Source: Chrysomallon squamiferum
Taxonomy: Eukaryota > Animalia > Mollusca
Assembly (NCBI GenBank): GCA_012295275.1
Contig: CM022667.1
Location: 8,618,001-8,682,000 of the forward strand
Direction: 5' to 3'
Length of the DNA: 64,000 nucleotides
In this document: positions 22,513 to 37,600 of the stretch, one piece after another
How positions within the stretch are numbered: the stretch's first letter is position 1
Layout of the letters: every line of letters begins with the position of its first letter
Position numbers and translations under genes: made by a program
The notes under the pieces: generated by a model
What the model was told of the DNA's origin: nothing
Seen by the model: only the letters and a program-made list of their open reading frames with translations
Databases searched by the model: none

Positions 22513-22577
22513 GAAAGACATAACAAAACAACCTGTAAGTGTCAGTCAGAAACCACTGTAAGACAGCAAATATTAAA

Positions 22578-22644
22578 GTAGTAATAGGTGTAGTAGTAGT
22601 AGTAGTAACAGTAGTTGTTATAATAGTAGTAGTAGTAATAGTAA

Positions 22645-22688
<44 letters not shown>

Positions 22689-22840
22689 CTGATAATAATG
22701 GTTCTAGTAATAGTAGTTGTAATAGTAAGTCGTTGGTGTAATAGTAGTAGTAGCAGTAGTAATGGTTATAGTAGTTGTTGTAGTAATGCTAGTAGTAGTT
22801 GTAGTAGTAGTAGTTGTAGCAGCAGTTGCTGTTGTTGTGC
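22578..22840. repeat. (AGT)n degenerate trinucleotide microsatellite
   Basis: Direct reading. Confidence 0.92.
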
Positions 22841-23082
22841 TTTACAGCAGTCATGAAATATTAATATTAAAAATAAGTATTTAAACAAATATAATACACT
22901 AATCAAAAAGCAAATCAACAAGGATTCTCATCTGAGTTTTGAATCTGTAATCAATACATTTAATTTGGTATCATTACTTGTATGGTTAAAATGTACTGGT
23001 GAAATAAAGGTCACAGTACCACTGAACTGAAAGAAAAGATGTGGCATCAGTTCTTGTGTGGTAAGAAGTATTGAAAGGAAAG

Positions 23083-23144
<62 letters not shown>
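23083..23144. repeat. (CA)n microsatellite
   Basis: Direct reading. Confidence 0.95.
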
Positions 23145-23146
<2 letters not shown>

Positions 23147-24167
23147 GTATTAATATAAAGATATGTACACATTTACAAATAGACACCCACAAACAAATAT
23201 ATTATATCCATCACAAAAATAATGTAAACCATTTGAGTTTGTTGTTGTTTCATACCCAGAGGTATGGGATCACATCACACCGTATTTAAAAAGTTAACTT
23301 CACTTAATAAATAAATAAATAAAAAAATATAAAAATATAAAAAAAAAAAAAATAAAAAAAATTAAATTAAAAAATAATAAAAATAAATTTAAAAATAAAA
23401 ATATAAATATAAAATAAGTTGCAGCCAAGAAAAGAATTCATTATTTTATTTTTATTAAATGTAAATAGCTTTTTTTCACACGATTTCAAATTTATCCAGC
23501 TATTTAAATAGGTGTGTCACTTCTTGTTCATTTTTTTTTTTTTAACATCTCTGTGGGCTTTTGTTGTTTTAATTTCAAATATTTTTATATTTCTGGCAGT
23601 TATTATAATTAATTTACTTTCAAAATTAATCATTCCGATTTTTAACAGAAATAATCATTTAAAGAATAAAATAAAATTAATTCAGGATTTTTCTTTCTTT
23701 TTTTTTCATCCTGCTGCCAAAATAAAACCCCTTTGTTTTATAAAATTAATTATATTTGTAAACAATCAACTTTTTTTTTGTTTTGATGTTTGTTTCTGTG
23801 TCTTTGAACACAGAAATAAACCCAGGTAACCTAAAAACCACAGCTAAATGCCACATACTGGGACATCTCCAGGAAGGCTCACATCTTTCTCTTTTTCACG
23901 AAAGCCTGTAACCCTTGACAAAAAAAAAAAAGAAACTTGCTGAGAACCTGGCTGTCCAACTTCCTCATTTAAAACAAGGAAACTGCTTTCTCTCTCCAGT
24001 ACAAATGGCATTGTCTTTTCATTCTGCATCCATCTACTTGAGCGAGCCAAGACAATGACTTTTTGAACTTTTTACTGTTGTTTTTGTCTGTGTTGTTGTG
24101 TTTATATGTCGCACTTGTTCACACATTACTCACTGTTATTTACAGATCTGTCTGTCGCAGATAACAC

Positions 24168-24520
24168 AAATAAATACATTAAATAAATATACGAATTCTA
24201 AATACATTAATCAAATGTATTAATTTTTAGACACATTAAATAAATGTATGAATTCTAAATACATTAAATAACTATATTCATTCTAGAGCCAATAAATACT
24301 TTAATTCTAGAAACATTAAATAAATGTATTCATTCTAGACAGATTAAATAAATACATTAATTATAGATACACTTAAGTAAATAAATATATTAATTCTAGA
24401 TACACTACATAAATAAATAAATTAATCTTGGTTCAATAAATATCTTAATTCGAGATGTAATAAACAAAATAAACATTTACTTCTAAATATAATAAAATAA
24501 GTACATTAATTTTAAATATA
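24168..24520. repeat. Degenerate ~28-bp AT-rich minisatellite (ATTAAATAAATGTATTAATTCTAGATAC-like)
   Basis: Recurring attctaga/acattaaataaat cores. Confidence 0.75.
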
Positions 24521-27500
24521 AAAGAGTAAATAATAAGTTTATTTAAGGACAGTTTCAAATCAGTAAATTAAAAACATCAATAAACATTTTAATTTAGTGT
24601 ATGAGAAAATAAATTAAAATATTTTGAGTTGAGGATATAAGATAAACATATGCTGGTTCGTACTTTTTATTCATTCAGGACACTGCTCTTTAATATTAAA
24701 AATCTAATCTTTTGATGTTATTCTGTGTTATATGAATGAAACAAGATCCTTATTTTTCCAGTCATGTACAAGGTAACTAACACACACACACACACACAGT
24801 GTGTGTGTGTGTGTGTGTGTGTGTAACTGTGGTATGTGTGGCTGGATACAAGGGAATGGCAGTGCAGGTATGTGTGTAATGTCTATGTATGAGTGTGTGT
24901 TTTACACTAATGTATGCATGTGTCTGAACACTCCAATTATATGTCAGATGTATCTGTCTAATAAATCTGTAACACTATAATACAGTTTTATTTGTAAGTC
25001 AGTACTCAAATCAATGCTGGAACAGAACAAAGTGAAATTTAAACTTTTAATGAATGTACACAATATAAAACATAAACACAGCAAAAAAAAATATATACAT
25101 ATATAAAGAGAAGAACTTTAGAAAAATAAATAATTCAACTTGAACAAAATGATTACTTCAGTTTAATGGACCATAAAAGCTTTAAAAGTAATAACAAACT
25201 TTTCCACAAAGTTTCTTCTGCCATTTCATTACCTGAAAATATACCTCAGCTATGTAAATAATGAATAGAATTATTTTCTTCTTTGAAACGAATTCCTTTT
25301 AGTACTCCATTTTCACCTCAACCAGTCATCATAAAAATAGGTATACAGAAATAACCCCACTAAAAATTCTTTCACTTACTGAGAAAGAAAACTGAAAAAA
25401 AAAAAAAAAATCTGATGTGTACACCTGTAACAGGCATCAATAATTCACACTCAGGTAAGCAGTGAAAATAGCACCTGAGTCTCTCACACAATTTACCTCG
25501 CTTCTCAGAAGTTACTTAGAATTTGAAGAATGAGAGCGAAGCAGGAGAATTAAAGATGTATACAAACCAAGAATAGCTTCTCTGCGCTCCCATCTCTGAC
25601 CACCTTTAGTCATCAAGAAAATGGAACATTTAACAAAGGCAAACAGGTAAGTAGAGTGTAATGCCATTACTGGGGCCCAAAATGGGTTGTCATTTACCAG
25701 GTGCCATTCTGGAGGTCTGGTTTAGGTGACGGTACTGTTCCACTACACAGACTGAGATAATTTTGTTCCTGTCAGTTTAGGTTACTGTTACTATGCATAG
25801 GCCCAAACTGGGTGACGTTTCAAGTGTTTGACTTTGCTTTGCTTCCACTACCTAGGTCCATAGTGGGTTAATTTATAACAGGTAGTATTTTAAGAGTTTG
25901 ATTTAGATAACAGTTCCACTGACTAGGCACAGCCTGGGTTTATTTTATTAACAGTGGCTGGCATTTCATGGATTAGATTAGTTGTAAGAGACCAGGTTGT
26001 TTTATTAATACTTCTAACAGCGTTTCATGTAGTTCCACAGTAACTGTTATTTTTATTCAACTTCCATTAGCGTCTTTTCCTACGTGAACATTTGTTTAGG
26101 TAGCAAATAATCAACAATCTAGTTAAAAGAGTTTTAAAAATGAAGAGCATGACCTTGAAATTGTTTTCACATTTGTTACACTCCAGATATTCCTGTTTCA
26201 TTAGCATTCTGTTATCAGACACTTCTATCATGAAACAAAAAAAAAGTGAAAGCAGACCTGAAAATGACAGTGTTTCAATTCCACTGGCAACATTCAACCT
26301 GGATTAATGCACTAATAAAAGCTAATTTATCTTATTTTTTGGTTTTTAATGTAATAACTTAAATTAAATTGACACATACAAACAAAACAATTTAAAAAAA
26401 AAAAAAAAAAAATGTTAATTTTTATCAGATAACTTTTAATTATTTTTGATATAGCAGCATTTAGGCAGTATAAAATATATAAAAAAATAACATTCTGTTG
26501 TTCACTTTCCAGAAACAGTTTATCATTAGTTATTAAGCAGTGAAGCTGTCACTTCCTTTTCTTAAATTTAGGACAATGGAAAAAGAAAGTATTGTTTCAT
26601 CTGCTATGTAATTTTCTTCTTTTTTTCTTCCCCCCCCCACATATAAATTAGTATGAAAGTATTATATTGCACCCTTCAGATGATCTCAAGGGCACTGTGA
26701 CACACAGAATTAACTGCTGTACTGAGCGTCTGCTCACAAAACACAACTAATTAATTCATATTAATTCAGTCTGATATGGCCAGAATTTATTCAACCAGCT
26801 TTGTACAGCAGTTTTTAAATGTGGAACTCCATACATGTGAGAGAATGAAGTCTACAGTTTTAACCTCAAACAGTCTCAGTTGTATCCAGGTATCTGATAC
26901 GAGACAGGTGTGGGAACTATAACCCAAACCATCATGCACCTCTCTATCAGGTAACAGGACGAATTCTAGACCATTACCACATTTCTTCTTCTTTTCTGGT
27001 TTTTTTTTTTATTTATTTATTTATTTTTATTTTTTTTTTATTTCTTTCCCCTTACAGCATTTCTTACTTATTTTACTTTTCAGTAAATTAAGTATTAGCT
27101 AACTGGTCTTATTCTACTTTCAGTCTTTACTTCAATCTGTGACCTGCAATGTCCAGGAACTGTTAAATATCAGAGTTGTATCAACACACACACACATATA
27201 TATATAAAAAAAAACTAATTTAAATACTTAAAGTGTTTAGCTGCTAAAGAAACAATAAAAACAATAGCTGCTACTGATGTTTGTTTAGTTTCTGATGTCA
27301 GCTTATCAACAAACAACAAATTCAAACACAGTAGCGCTGTGATACTAATAGGGTTATCACTGTTTCGAGTCTCTCGCTTGTAACCCAATAGGACGGACTT
27401 ATCACTGTTTGATAAGGCAAGCTACACTTTTTTTTGACAGGTTACAGTAAGCCGGATAACTCCAGTTGACCTTTGGGACAACTCCGGCTGCCTTAAGTCA

Positions 27501-29772
27501 AACCAATTAACACAGGGCAATGTAACGTCTAAATAAAAACTCTCACAGATGGAAGCAGTTCTGCTGATCTTGTGACAAAGTTAAAGACTGAATAATGTGC
27601 AATACTGATTGATTTAAATAATTTAAAAAAACATGCAAACATGCTGTGTGACCTTATACCTAAAACAAAAATGTTGTACAGATATTTCAAACAAAATCAT
27701 CAGTGACCTTAAAATGAATTGTTGTCATACACAAAATATTTTTGACCTTACAATTATATCACTGCATACAAATTACAATGCAATTATCATCACATACAAT
27801 ACGGTGACCTCACACACAATAAATTCATCAATTTAGAAAGTACTGCTGACCTTACACTAACAGTTATCACAACTTATGACCCTTACATCTTTTTATGAAT
27901 TTAATTATCAACATTAATGACCACTTTATGTAAATAAGAATGTCAAAAATTATTGCTAGATCATCAAACATCCAAAAAAAAAAATAGAAGTACTTTCTTA
28001 TAATCAAAACATAACTTTACAAAAACTATTATTATTATTTAACTTTAAATATAGGTGTATTATGTATGTAATTTTGGTGACATTATTTCTCAACAGAAGC
28101 ATGTCTAGACATCTAATCTAATGATGTTTTACAATGTTACAGCTAAATGAAAACACTGTATTTTTATGTTTGAAATTAACATTACTCAGTCATTAAAACC
28201 CAACAATATTATACGTAAATAAAAACACTGTACAACAACATAGAGTTGACACCAGTGAAATGTTACATTTAAATGTAAAAGTCAAATGACAGTAATATAA
28301 TAATATGACGTAGACATGTCTACATGTAAGTAAATGTAAATAATATTTTATATTCAAACAACCCTCCTAACTTATCTTTTAAAACCAGGAATTAAAACCT
28401 ATACAGGTACACTTAGCCAACCAAACATACATGCAAACTAAATAGAGAAACACACCCATACCCACACCCACACACACAGACACACACACACACAAAAAAC
28501 ACAGAGATGGAAAGATACTGACAATGAGAACAAAAAAAAATTGACCTGACAGAGATCACACTATTCAGTTAAAACAAAACTTCTCAAACATGGTTTACAA
28601 GCAATTAATTCTTTTCACAAAAGTTTTACAAGTGAACAAAAAATTCATAAATAAATAAATAAATAAATAAATAACAACTGCTTCTAAAAGACAGCACATT
28701 AAAAATTTACACCAACAAGCTAAGCAGTAGGCACATCTGACACAAAAAAAAAAAAAAAAAAAAAAAAAAACAAGGGAGTAAGACAACACCCAGATTACCC
28801 CACAGAGTATCTTGTATCGGAAAGTCAATACAAATTCTACAATCCAATAAACATGATGCAATTATCAAGTTACCATGTCCCTCCTCTTCAGCACAATACC
28901 ACCACCCACAGCAGGCCCCCTCGCTCAACAGGTAAAATGGAATAGAATGTCGCTAAAGCCAGCAGGCTCTTTGTCTGTCGATGGTAAAAGTTCAACACCT
29001 ATCAGTGACAAGGAACGAGGACATTGTACGCATCTCAAAGTAGAATCCCAGTGGAACTGGAGACTTGGCTACGTGATTTGAAATCAAACTGCCGTTTTAC
29101 AGTCCAGAATCCAACACGTGCTCAGTCTTGTAACCGATTTAAGTTACTGATCAGTCACAAAGTCAGACTTTAAACAAAGTTCTGGAATTTCACCACTTAA
29201 GTCTGTTACAATAGAAGAAGAAGGGTTAAAAAAAAAAAAAAAAAAAAACCAGGATAAAAATGGAGGAAAAAAATATATATGTTGGTTGCAGTTTCAAAAG
29301 TTAAATAATAAATTAGTGTGAAACTTTTATCAACAAAATAAGAGTTAAATAAAGTTTGGTTGATGTTTTACCAATAAAATAAAAGATAACGTCTGTTGAA
29401 TGTTTGAGTTTATAATCAGTACAATAAATACACAGTTTGAAATTTTTAACAATAAAAGTTAAATAGAATAAAGTATCAAATCTTTACCAATAATAACTTT
29501 TTTAAAATTCTGCTGAGTTTTGTTTTACTTCTACCAATAAAGTAACAGAAAAATTTAAATCTTTTGGGTGCAGTAATGAACATACAAAAAAGATATCTGT
29601 TTAAACATTACTTTAAAAAACTGTTATAATATGGAAATTTTAATTGTACAGAACAATTTGATATATCAGTTAGAGGACCCACTGAGAGACACATAAATTA
29701 TTAATTAATCGCTTGACTCTGAGACTTTCAAAAGAATTAGGAATTCAAATTCTGGTTGTAAAGTACAAGTGT

Positions 29773-29824
<52 letters not shown>

Positions 29825-30648
29825 TTTCAACTGTTTAATAGTTCCTAAATTAATTTTTTCTGACAACAATTTCTTAAAAAGAATTTGTCATGTGTTAAAA
29901 GAAAACTGAAACTAAAAAAGGAAAAGGAAAATAAATTTTTAAAAAATACTTTTTTTTTTTTTAAATATTCAGTTCTAAAATTCTTAATTATTTATGTTCC
30001 AAACATATATTTTGTTCTTATGACAAGTTAAATTTTATACAAGCTGCTCAGATTTATAAATGGTCAAATTTTAAATATTTTCTCAAAACGTATAAACCCA
30101 CAACGACACACTAAAATGTAAAAAAATATATTTTTTATTTTATTTTATTTAACTGGGATATGAAACAGATAGTTTCAAAACCAAAACCAAAATTTATTTA
30201 AAAACATGAAAAAAAATAATAATAAAATAAATAAAAAATTAAAAAATTAAAATTAAAAAAATTTGCTAACACTGATTCCTGCAGAACAAGCCTTTAAATC
30301 GTTAAATTAACACCCAGTTTTTTTACAGTGTCTCAAAAAAAAAAAAGAGGAAAAAGTGAAGAGAAATGAAGGTAATCAGTCAAGTGGAAACGGGACATTT
30401 ACAGGCCTGACTGTGACAAATAATTGCGCAATTCTTCAATGCTATTGTTTCAGACAGGCAAAAAAGAACTGCCTAGAACTAGGATGTTCCATAAATATTA
30501 CCTGTCGTGTATCAGTCTTCTCTATCTCCAGGTAACCCAGCCATACTGCAACACATTCCTTGGCATATTTCCTGTTCACTTGTTACAAATCTCTTAAATG
30601 GGCCCCATTTGGGTGCAGTAGACAAGTTATTATAAAACATATGCAACA

Positions 30649-30683
<35 letters not shown>

Positions 30684-31610
30684 AAAGACAAACATGAACA
30701 CACAAATAGATACACAACTGCACACAAACGTGTTCTCATTTTATTATTAGATACTGGGGTTTTTTAAATGTCAAGCCATTTTCATACAAAATGAATATAG
30801 CAGATTTCTTTGGTTTATTTGATATTATGATATTATTTTTTAATTATTTATTTTAATTTAAAATGTTTTGTTTTGTATTGTTCTGTTTCTCAGATGAGTT
30901 ACTTGTGTATCTCTACTACAGTAAGTTCTATTTTTTCTCTTTAATAATGTTTTGTAAAAAGTAACAAACATAACCAGCAAGATCAAAGCAAAAATTAAGA
31001 AACAAAAAATAAAAAATAAAAACGACACAAATAACAACAACAACAAAAAACAAAAACTAACAATTGAGTACTTGCTTTCTGGTTGTATCTTTCTACTTTC
31101 TTTCTTTATTTTTCCCCCACTTATTAATTCTTTAGAAATATACATTTGAAATTTAAATAACTTGTCTGACATAAAGACATTAAAAAAAAAGAAAAAAAAA
31201 GAAAAAGGAAATTAAATAAAATGTAACATGTATTAACATTTATGATTTCAAGGTAACTGTAAGCATGTTAATAAATGTTTCAAGACTGAAATTTGGTAAA
31301 CATAAATATGACTGACAATATTTTATGTTGCTAATACCTTATTAAAACTGTTACTGATACGTTGTAACAAAACATTATTAATTCCTTTCAGAATAAGGAA
31401 TTCACAGTGAACATAACTTTGAAGCAGTGAGTATTATCTGCATTGTATACAGATCTCTCACTTCCTTCTCTCATACATATCTTTTAATTCCATGGTAAAT
31501 AACAGTAAAATAATGAAATATCATTTTACGAAACAATTCAAAATAAAATATTCTTAAAGTATGCTTTATTTCAGGGTTTTTTTTTTTTTGTATATGTGTG
31601 TGTGTATGTC

Positions 31611-31658
<48 letters not shown>

Positions 31659-32254
31659 TTCGCAATATCTGATGATTGTGTGGACACACACACATTGAAA
31701 ACACTAACTGAAACACACACACACACACACTGAGAACACTAACTGAAACACACACACACACACTGAGAACTCTAACTGAAACACACACAAACACACACAC
31801 ACACACACACACACGCTGTTCTTTAAACTGTTATCTTTACAAGCGACACTGTGATGTCTGTGATTGTACCTGCCGTTCCTAAACGTGTTTGTATTTGTGC
31901 CATCAACAGTGATAACAAGCTGGGCCGCTGTCTGTGACCCAGGAACTTTGAACTGGCACTGTGATTTTGGAGTAGTTTATCAGATATCTGCCTTCTGACA
32001 ATCAAACTCAGGAGAACAGTTATCTGCTAGCGAGAGAAGCAAGACTCAACAGAGACTGAACAAACCATGGGAACTGGCACACCCACCTTAGTACCCAGTC
32101 TGAGTCGGGTGGAATATTTTAAACACAGCTGTACAAGTCATGGTTGTTATGAAAGGAGAGGCCTGTCTGAGAATCAGGATGTCCTGTTTTCTGAATCTAC
32201 ACTGGTTGTAAATCTACTGTACAAAACAATTTGAAGAAATACTCATTTTTTTGT

Positions 32255-32257
<3 letters not shown>

Positions 32258-32309
<52 letters not shown>
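32258..32309. repeat. (AT)n microsatellite
   Basis: Direct reading. Confidence 0.95.
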
Positions 32310-32317
<8 letters not shown>

Positions 32318-34533
32318 CAAACCCATTTTGCATGACAAATCTATTGGCAGGGGTAACATATGTTAAGTTTACATAAACTTGCATACATTCACACACACAC
32401 ACACACACACTCACAAACACACAACGCAAGACACGCAAAACAAACACACACACAGAAAACATCAAATCACACACACATACAGTCACAGACACACACACAA
32501 ATGTACAATATTCACACAGAGTCATTAACTCACACACATTTTGTATTATTTTATTTTGTCTGTCTGTCTGCTGTGAGTACACTCGTCTGAGAACACTATC
32601 AGCTGACTGATGCTATATATAAACCCATCAGGTGATACAGGACACTGCCACTCTATCAACTGTTCATGTACTTATCTCTTCTAGGACAATTAACATTAAA
32701 ACAATTAGAAATTTGTTTTAATTACACTTTGTAAAAATAAATACAGTTCCAAATTTTTTTGTTTGTTTTTTTTAAATAAGCATCTGTAAAAAAAATTTTA
32801 TATTGTCATATGACAGAGACGAGAATTTTTTTTTTTTTTTATCTCTAAAGCCCAAAGGGTTCTGTAAACCAAATTGATCCCATAATCCTTTGTTCCTCTG
32901 GCATTTGCTAATGCACTAAGATACAGCTAGCTATCAGTGTGGTAAACCAGTGTAAATAATAAAACCTTTTTTTAAAAATCCCACTACAGTAATTAATTGT
33001 CTTCAAAAAAAAAAATTAATAAAATGATATAAAACTTGTTACAAATTTTACTACTCAAACAAGATTTTAAATCTTATTAATAATCTAAACAGTAACAGTA
33101 ATATTTAATAATCATCAATATTGTTTTGTCTCACACACACACAGCATATTTTTTTTTTTTTTTTCCTTAACCTTCTCCTGCATATCTCTTTCAAATAAGA
33201 ACTGAAGACATATTTATTTCTACATATCTCTTCTTTCTGAGTTACTAAAACAGCAGCTAAGAAAAAAACCAACAACCCAAAACCCACTGTTACAGATTAA
33301 TACGTAGTGCATGCAATAAACACAATGGTATGTCACAAATGTCATACACATTGTATTCCATACACACAACAAGCTGATAACAGAGAGAACTGCGTCTGTA
33401 ACAAGAACCGATGATACTTCAAGTACAGGCACAACAGAATAAAACTGCACTTTGGAGCCATCATTATCTTGTTTAGGAAGCAAATTAAACAGTTTTATCT
33501 CTCTCAGATATCACAATTAAAAAAAAATAAACTAATGAAAATAAAACACAGTTGTTTGACAATCATTGTTACTGAATTTATTTACTTACTTACTTACTTA
33601 GTTATTAATTTATCTATTTATGAACTATTAACTTTTTGTTTGGGTTCTTTTACCTTTTTAAAAATGTAATAATAATTTAGTTTCCAGGGACTTGCAGTTC
33701 CAAAATTCATAAAATGCAAGAACTGACATGCAAAACAAACTTTAATTTGCATAAATTTTAAAATTTCATTACAGTACATTCCTGCATACTTTAGATCTGA
33801 CCTAAATCTTGTTGATCAAACTGGACAAACAAACAGATAAGAAAATATTCTGAAACACAACCTGGATGCACACCATTAACTTGATAATTATGTAACAGAT
33901 AATGTAATACAGTTAAAAAGAATAATGAATAATAACAACATCAACCACAACACCAATAATAATAACAATAATAATAATAATAACGGGGAAAACAATAATA
34001 AAGAAAGATAAAAACCTATATGGATCTAATGCTAATTCAAATAATGGGTTTCTGGAGGTTTTTTGTTCTCACAACCTTCAAATACACGAACGTCTGGTAT
34101 TACAGTATTCAAAGCAAGCTGTTACAATTACTGATATTGTAAATATTTTTTTATTATTATTTTTCAGTCCAACATCGCAGAATACACAGAACCTGTCTGA
34201 CATAAATTCATGGATTATTTTAAACTGTTCTTGAACAAGAAATAAAATATCAAAGTTTTAAGAATATTTTCAAATCTACATCACAGTCAATGAACCATTC
34301 TTGTAAATTCTTTATGTTACAGAAAAAAATATATATAGATATCTAGCTTTACAGAATGTTTCAAGAGCTATCTAATTTAGCACAATTAGTCTTGATTATT
34401 GTCAAATTTAAGAAAATTTAATAACTTATTTCATTTTCTGTATATAATATAGATAGGAACATTCACATTTAAAAAATAAAATTATAAAAAAAAATACTGA
34501 TATGTATTCTGATCATATCATTAAATGTATTTC

Positions 34534-34578
34534 TATTATTATTACTATCACTATTATTATTATTATTACTACTACTAC

Positions 34579-34640
<62 letters not shown>
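34534..34640. repeat. (ATT)n microsatellite
   Basis: Direct reading. Confidence 0.95.
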
Positions 34641-37600
34641 TACTATTATTATATTAAAATGTAAAGATGAAGAAAACGTACTAACACTGATACTCTGTTC
34701 CATTTCTTCAAACACTGTGTACACAGAGAGACACATAAATCTTAGTGAGGCAAGGAACTGGTTCACTTACCTGCAGCTACAGACAATACCTGTCATTAAC
34801 CTCACCTGTAATTGGACCAGTTCTAAGGAGGTCTTTGAAAGCAGACCTCAGGGCAGGTGAAAGAGTAATCAGCTCTGTTAATGTGTAAATTAAGATTCAC
34901 TGTGCCATATTTATGCAACACTTACATAACCCTCATTTTTTTTTTTTTTCAATTTACACAGGTTAAAAAAAACTCTTTTAGGATTTGTTCTTAATATTGG
35001 AAAAGTAAGGGTGAGGTTGACATGAAAATTAAGACTGATAACAAATCTTTTCTTTCTTTTTAAGTTACTAAGATGAGTTTGAACAAGGTAATGATGTAGA
35101 AGAATAACAATATTAAAACTAATTTAAAATGTTTATGTTTGTAAATTTACTAATGACTGTTTAAGATGTTCTATTTTTAGTCTAATAAAATTATAACTTC
35201 CATCTTTTTTTCAGTTTGTTAGGATGAAGTTGAACTGTTCTAGGATGTATTTTTAACATCTGGAAAGCAAATTAAATAAGAAATTGTTCTTATTTCATAA
35301 AGACTGGATTCTCTTCTGCTCTAGAAATTGGTTTTAAAATCAGAAAAATGAAACTTAACAACCAAGACTATTTTTTAAAACTGCTAGCAATACATGTATT
35401 TTTTAACATCTTAATTTTAATTTTATTTTTTTTTTTTTTTTTTAAAGTTCAGAAATGTTTAATAAAATCTAGTATTTGATATGAAAGTTAAAAGAAACAT
35501 GAAACATTTTGTTTTTTTATTATAAATAATCTGCTTATCTGCTGCTACCAATACAGGTTGGCTTATGCTGTCCTGAACTGAAAGATAACAACAAAAAAAA
35601 AATCTGTTTTCATTTCTTTAAGAGTGTAGTTTCTTAAATTTCCTTAATGCTTGCAGAGAAATAAACCCCAAACAATCTAAGAGTACCACAGAAAAAGAAA
35701 TTATGCTTTATGAACAACAAAATTACCATATTTCAGCAGAGAATAAATCATAAACAGACATTTTAATAGATTTAAACAAATCTTTCTTTTTAAATAACTA
35801 ATTTAAAAGTGATTTCTTAAAAGCAAAAATTAAATTTCTTATTATTTACATATTACTTTACTTTTTTTTTTTTTAGTTTTTTTTAATTGCCCGTTATGAT
35901 TTTATAATCAATTATTATTATATTACCTTAAATGACAAGACCAAAACAAAATCATGTTTTCAATTTACCATTTCTTGAGTACACTGTGGTTCACAATGAC
36001 CCTTAATTATATACATTAAAAGTGGAAACACAATCCCAGCTTTTATGTAGATAGAAAAAAACAATCTTTGATAAATGAATTGTGGAGCTCTTGTTAGAAT
36101 GGAAAAAAGGGCAGTACATGATGAATTCTAGATTAAAATACATTACCTGATATTCAACTAACAACAAAGCAATATGTATTCACATGTGTGCATTTATATG
36201 TGTATTTACAATCCCTCTCTCTAAACATGTACATTATGAAAAATAAAAATTATTCATGCCAAAAAAATCTGAACAATACTGAGTTGTCAATAAACATGCA
36301 ATAAAAGTAAAATATTGACAACCAATAAAAATATGATTACTGGACTGAAAAAAATTACAAAATAAAAAAAACAAAAACACAAACACACAAACACACACGC
36401 ATTCACACACAATTATGACAGAGAGAGATACAAAAAATAAAAAAATAAGAAATAAGGTAGACAGTCTAATTCCTATCTTTTTCTATGGAATCTACCTGAT
36501 TTTTCACACAAGTTTTTTATTTTTTAAAAGTATGCAGAAAAATATCCAGCCAAACTGTCCAAAATTAGTGAATAGCTGACATTCAAGAAATACTTGAGAA
36601 GCTGTGAGAGAGAAAAAGAGTTTTCTGAGAGTGGAAGGAGAAGGTCTTTTCTTCTCTCACAAAGCAAACACTTGGGCCTGGTGCCATAAAGCAGCAGGTA
36701 GCAGGCGAGGTATTGTCCCTGCAGCCTGTGCGCCGACAGAACCAAATCACAGTGAGCAAACACACCAAACTGTTAGTTTTGAAAAAATGTCTGCGTTCAT
36801 TCCTCTAGTCAAATATTCTTTCATTTGAAGTCATTCAGTAAAGTAATTGCATTCCCATACAAGTATTTCTTCTTTTTTAATTTTTTTTTTTATTTAATTT
36901 TTTTTTTTGGTCCAGGATGGAATGATGTGATGTGTTTTTTTCTTCATGTTTGTGATAACATACACACGCATGCACACACTAAATACTGAAAGTCTTTCAT
37001 TAAAAAAGACCAGTTAGGTTCTGTACACTTTTTCTGTAATATTTTTCTTCATCTGTGCATGTGAGTGTGTGTGTGTGAGTGTGTGAGTGTGGGAGTGCGT
37101 GTGTGCGTGCGTGTGTGTGCGTGTGTGTGTGCGGCACACAGGCATGAATCTCTACTGGATTTCTTCTACTCAGTATGCAGATAATTCACATTGTTAAACA
37201 GCACACATAAATAACAAGTTTCAGAAATCTAATTAACACACAATTCATCAACCTGAAACCCGTAGTTATAGCAGAAAACAAAGAAAAAAAAAAAAAAAAA
37301 GATGGAAAAATTTATTTTTGCAATTCTAGCTGTTTTAACAGTTTTTATCTATCATCTCTGCTATTGGAATTTCATTAATCCAAAACAGTGTGCATATAAA
37401 ATCTAATTTGCATCTGACGCTATAATTAAACCTGCATCGAAACAGTTTGTTATGCAGATGAGAATAAAAATTAAAGTGTGAGCAGTGAGCAGAGAAATAT
37501 GTTTGTAGTACAATGACATTTTGTACATTCAATAAAACTGTGTCTCAAATATCTATCTCAGTTTTCACTTTATTTTTATTCTGCTAATGTTGTTAAAAAG

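Noticed and set aside
14838-22581. Numerous short antisense or alternate-frame ORFs overlapping the zinc-finger CDS
   Set aside because: Expected shadows of a long coding sequence; no recognisable motifs.
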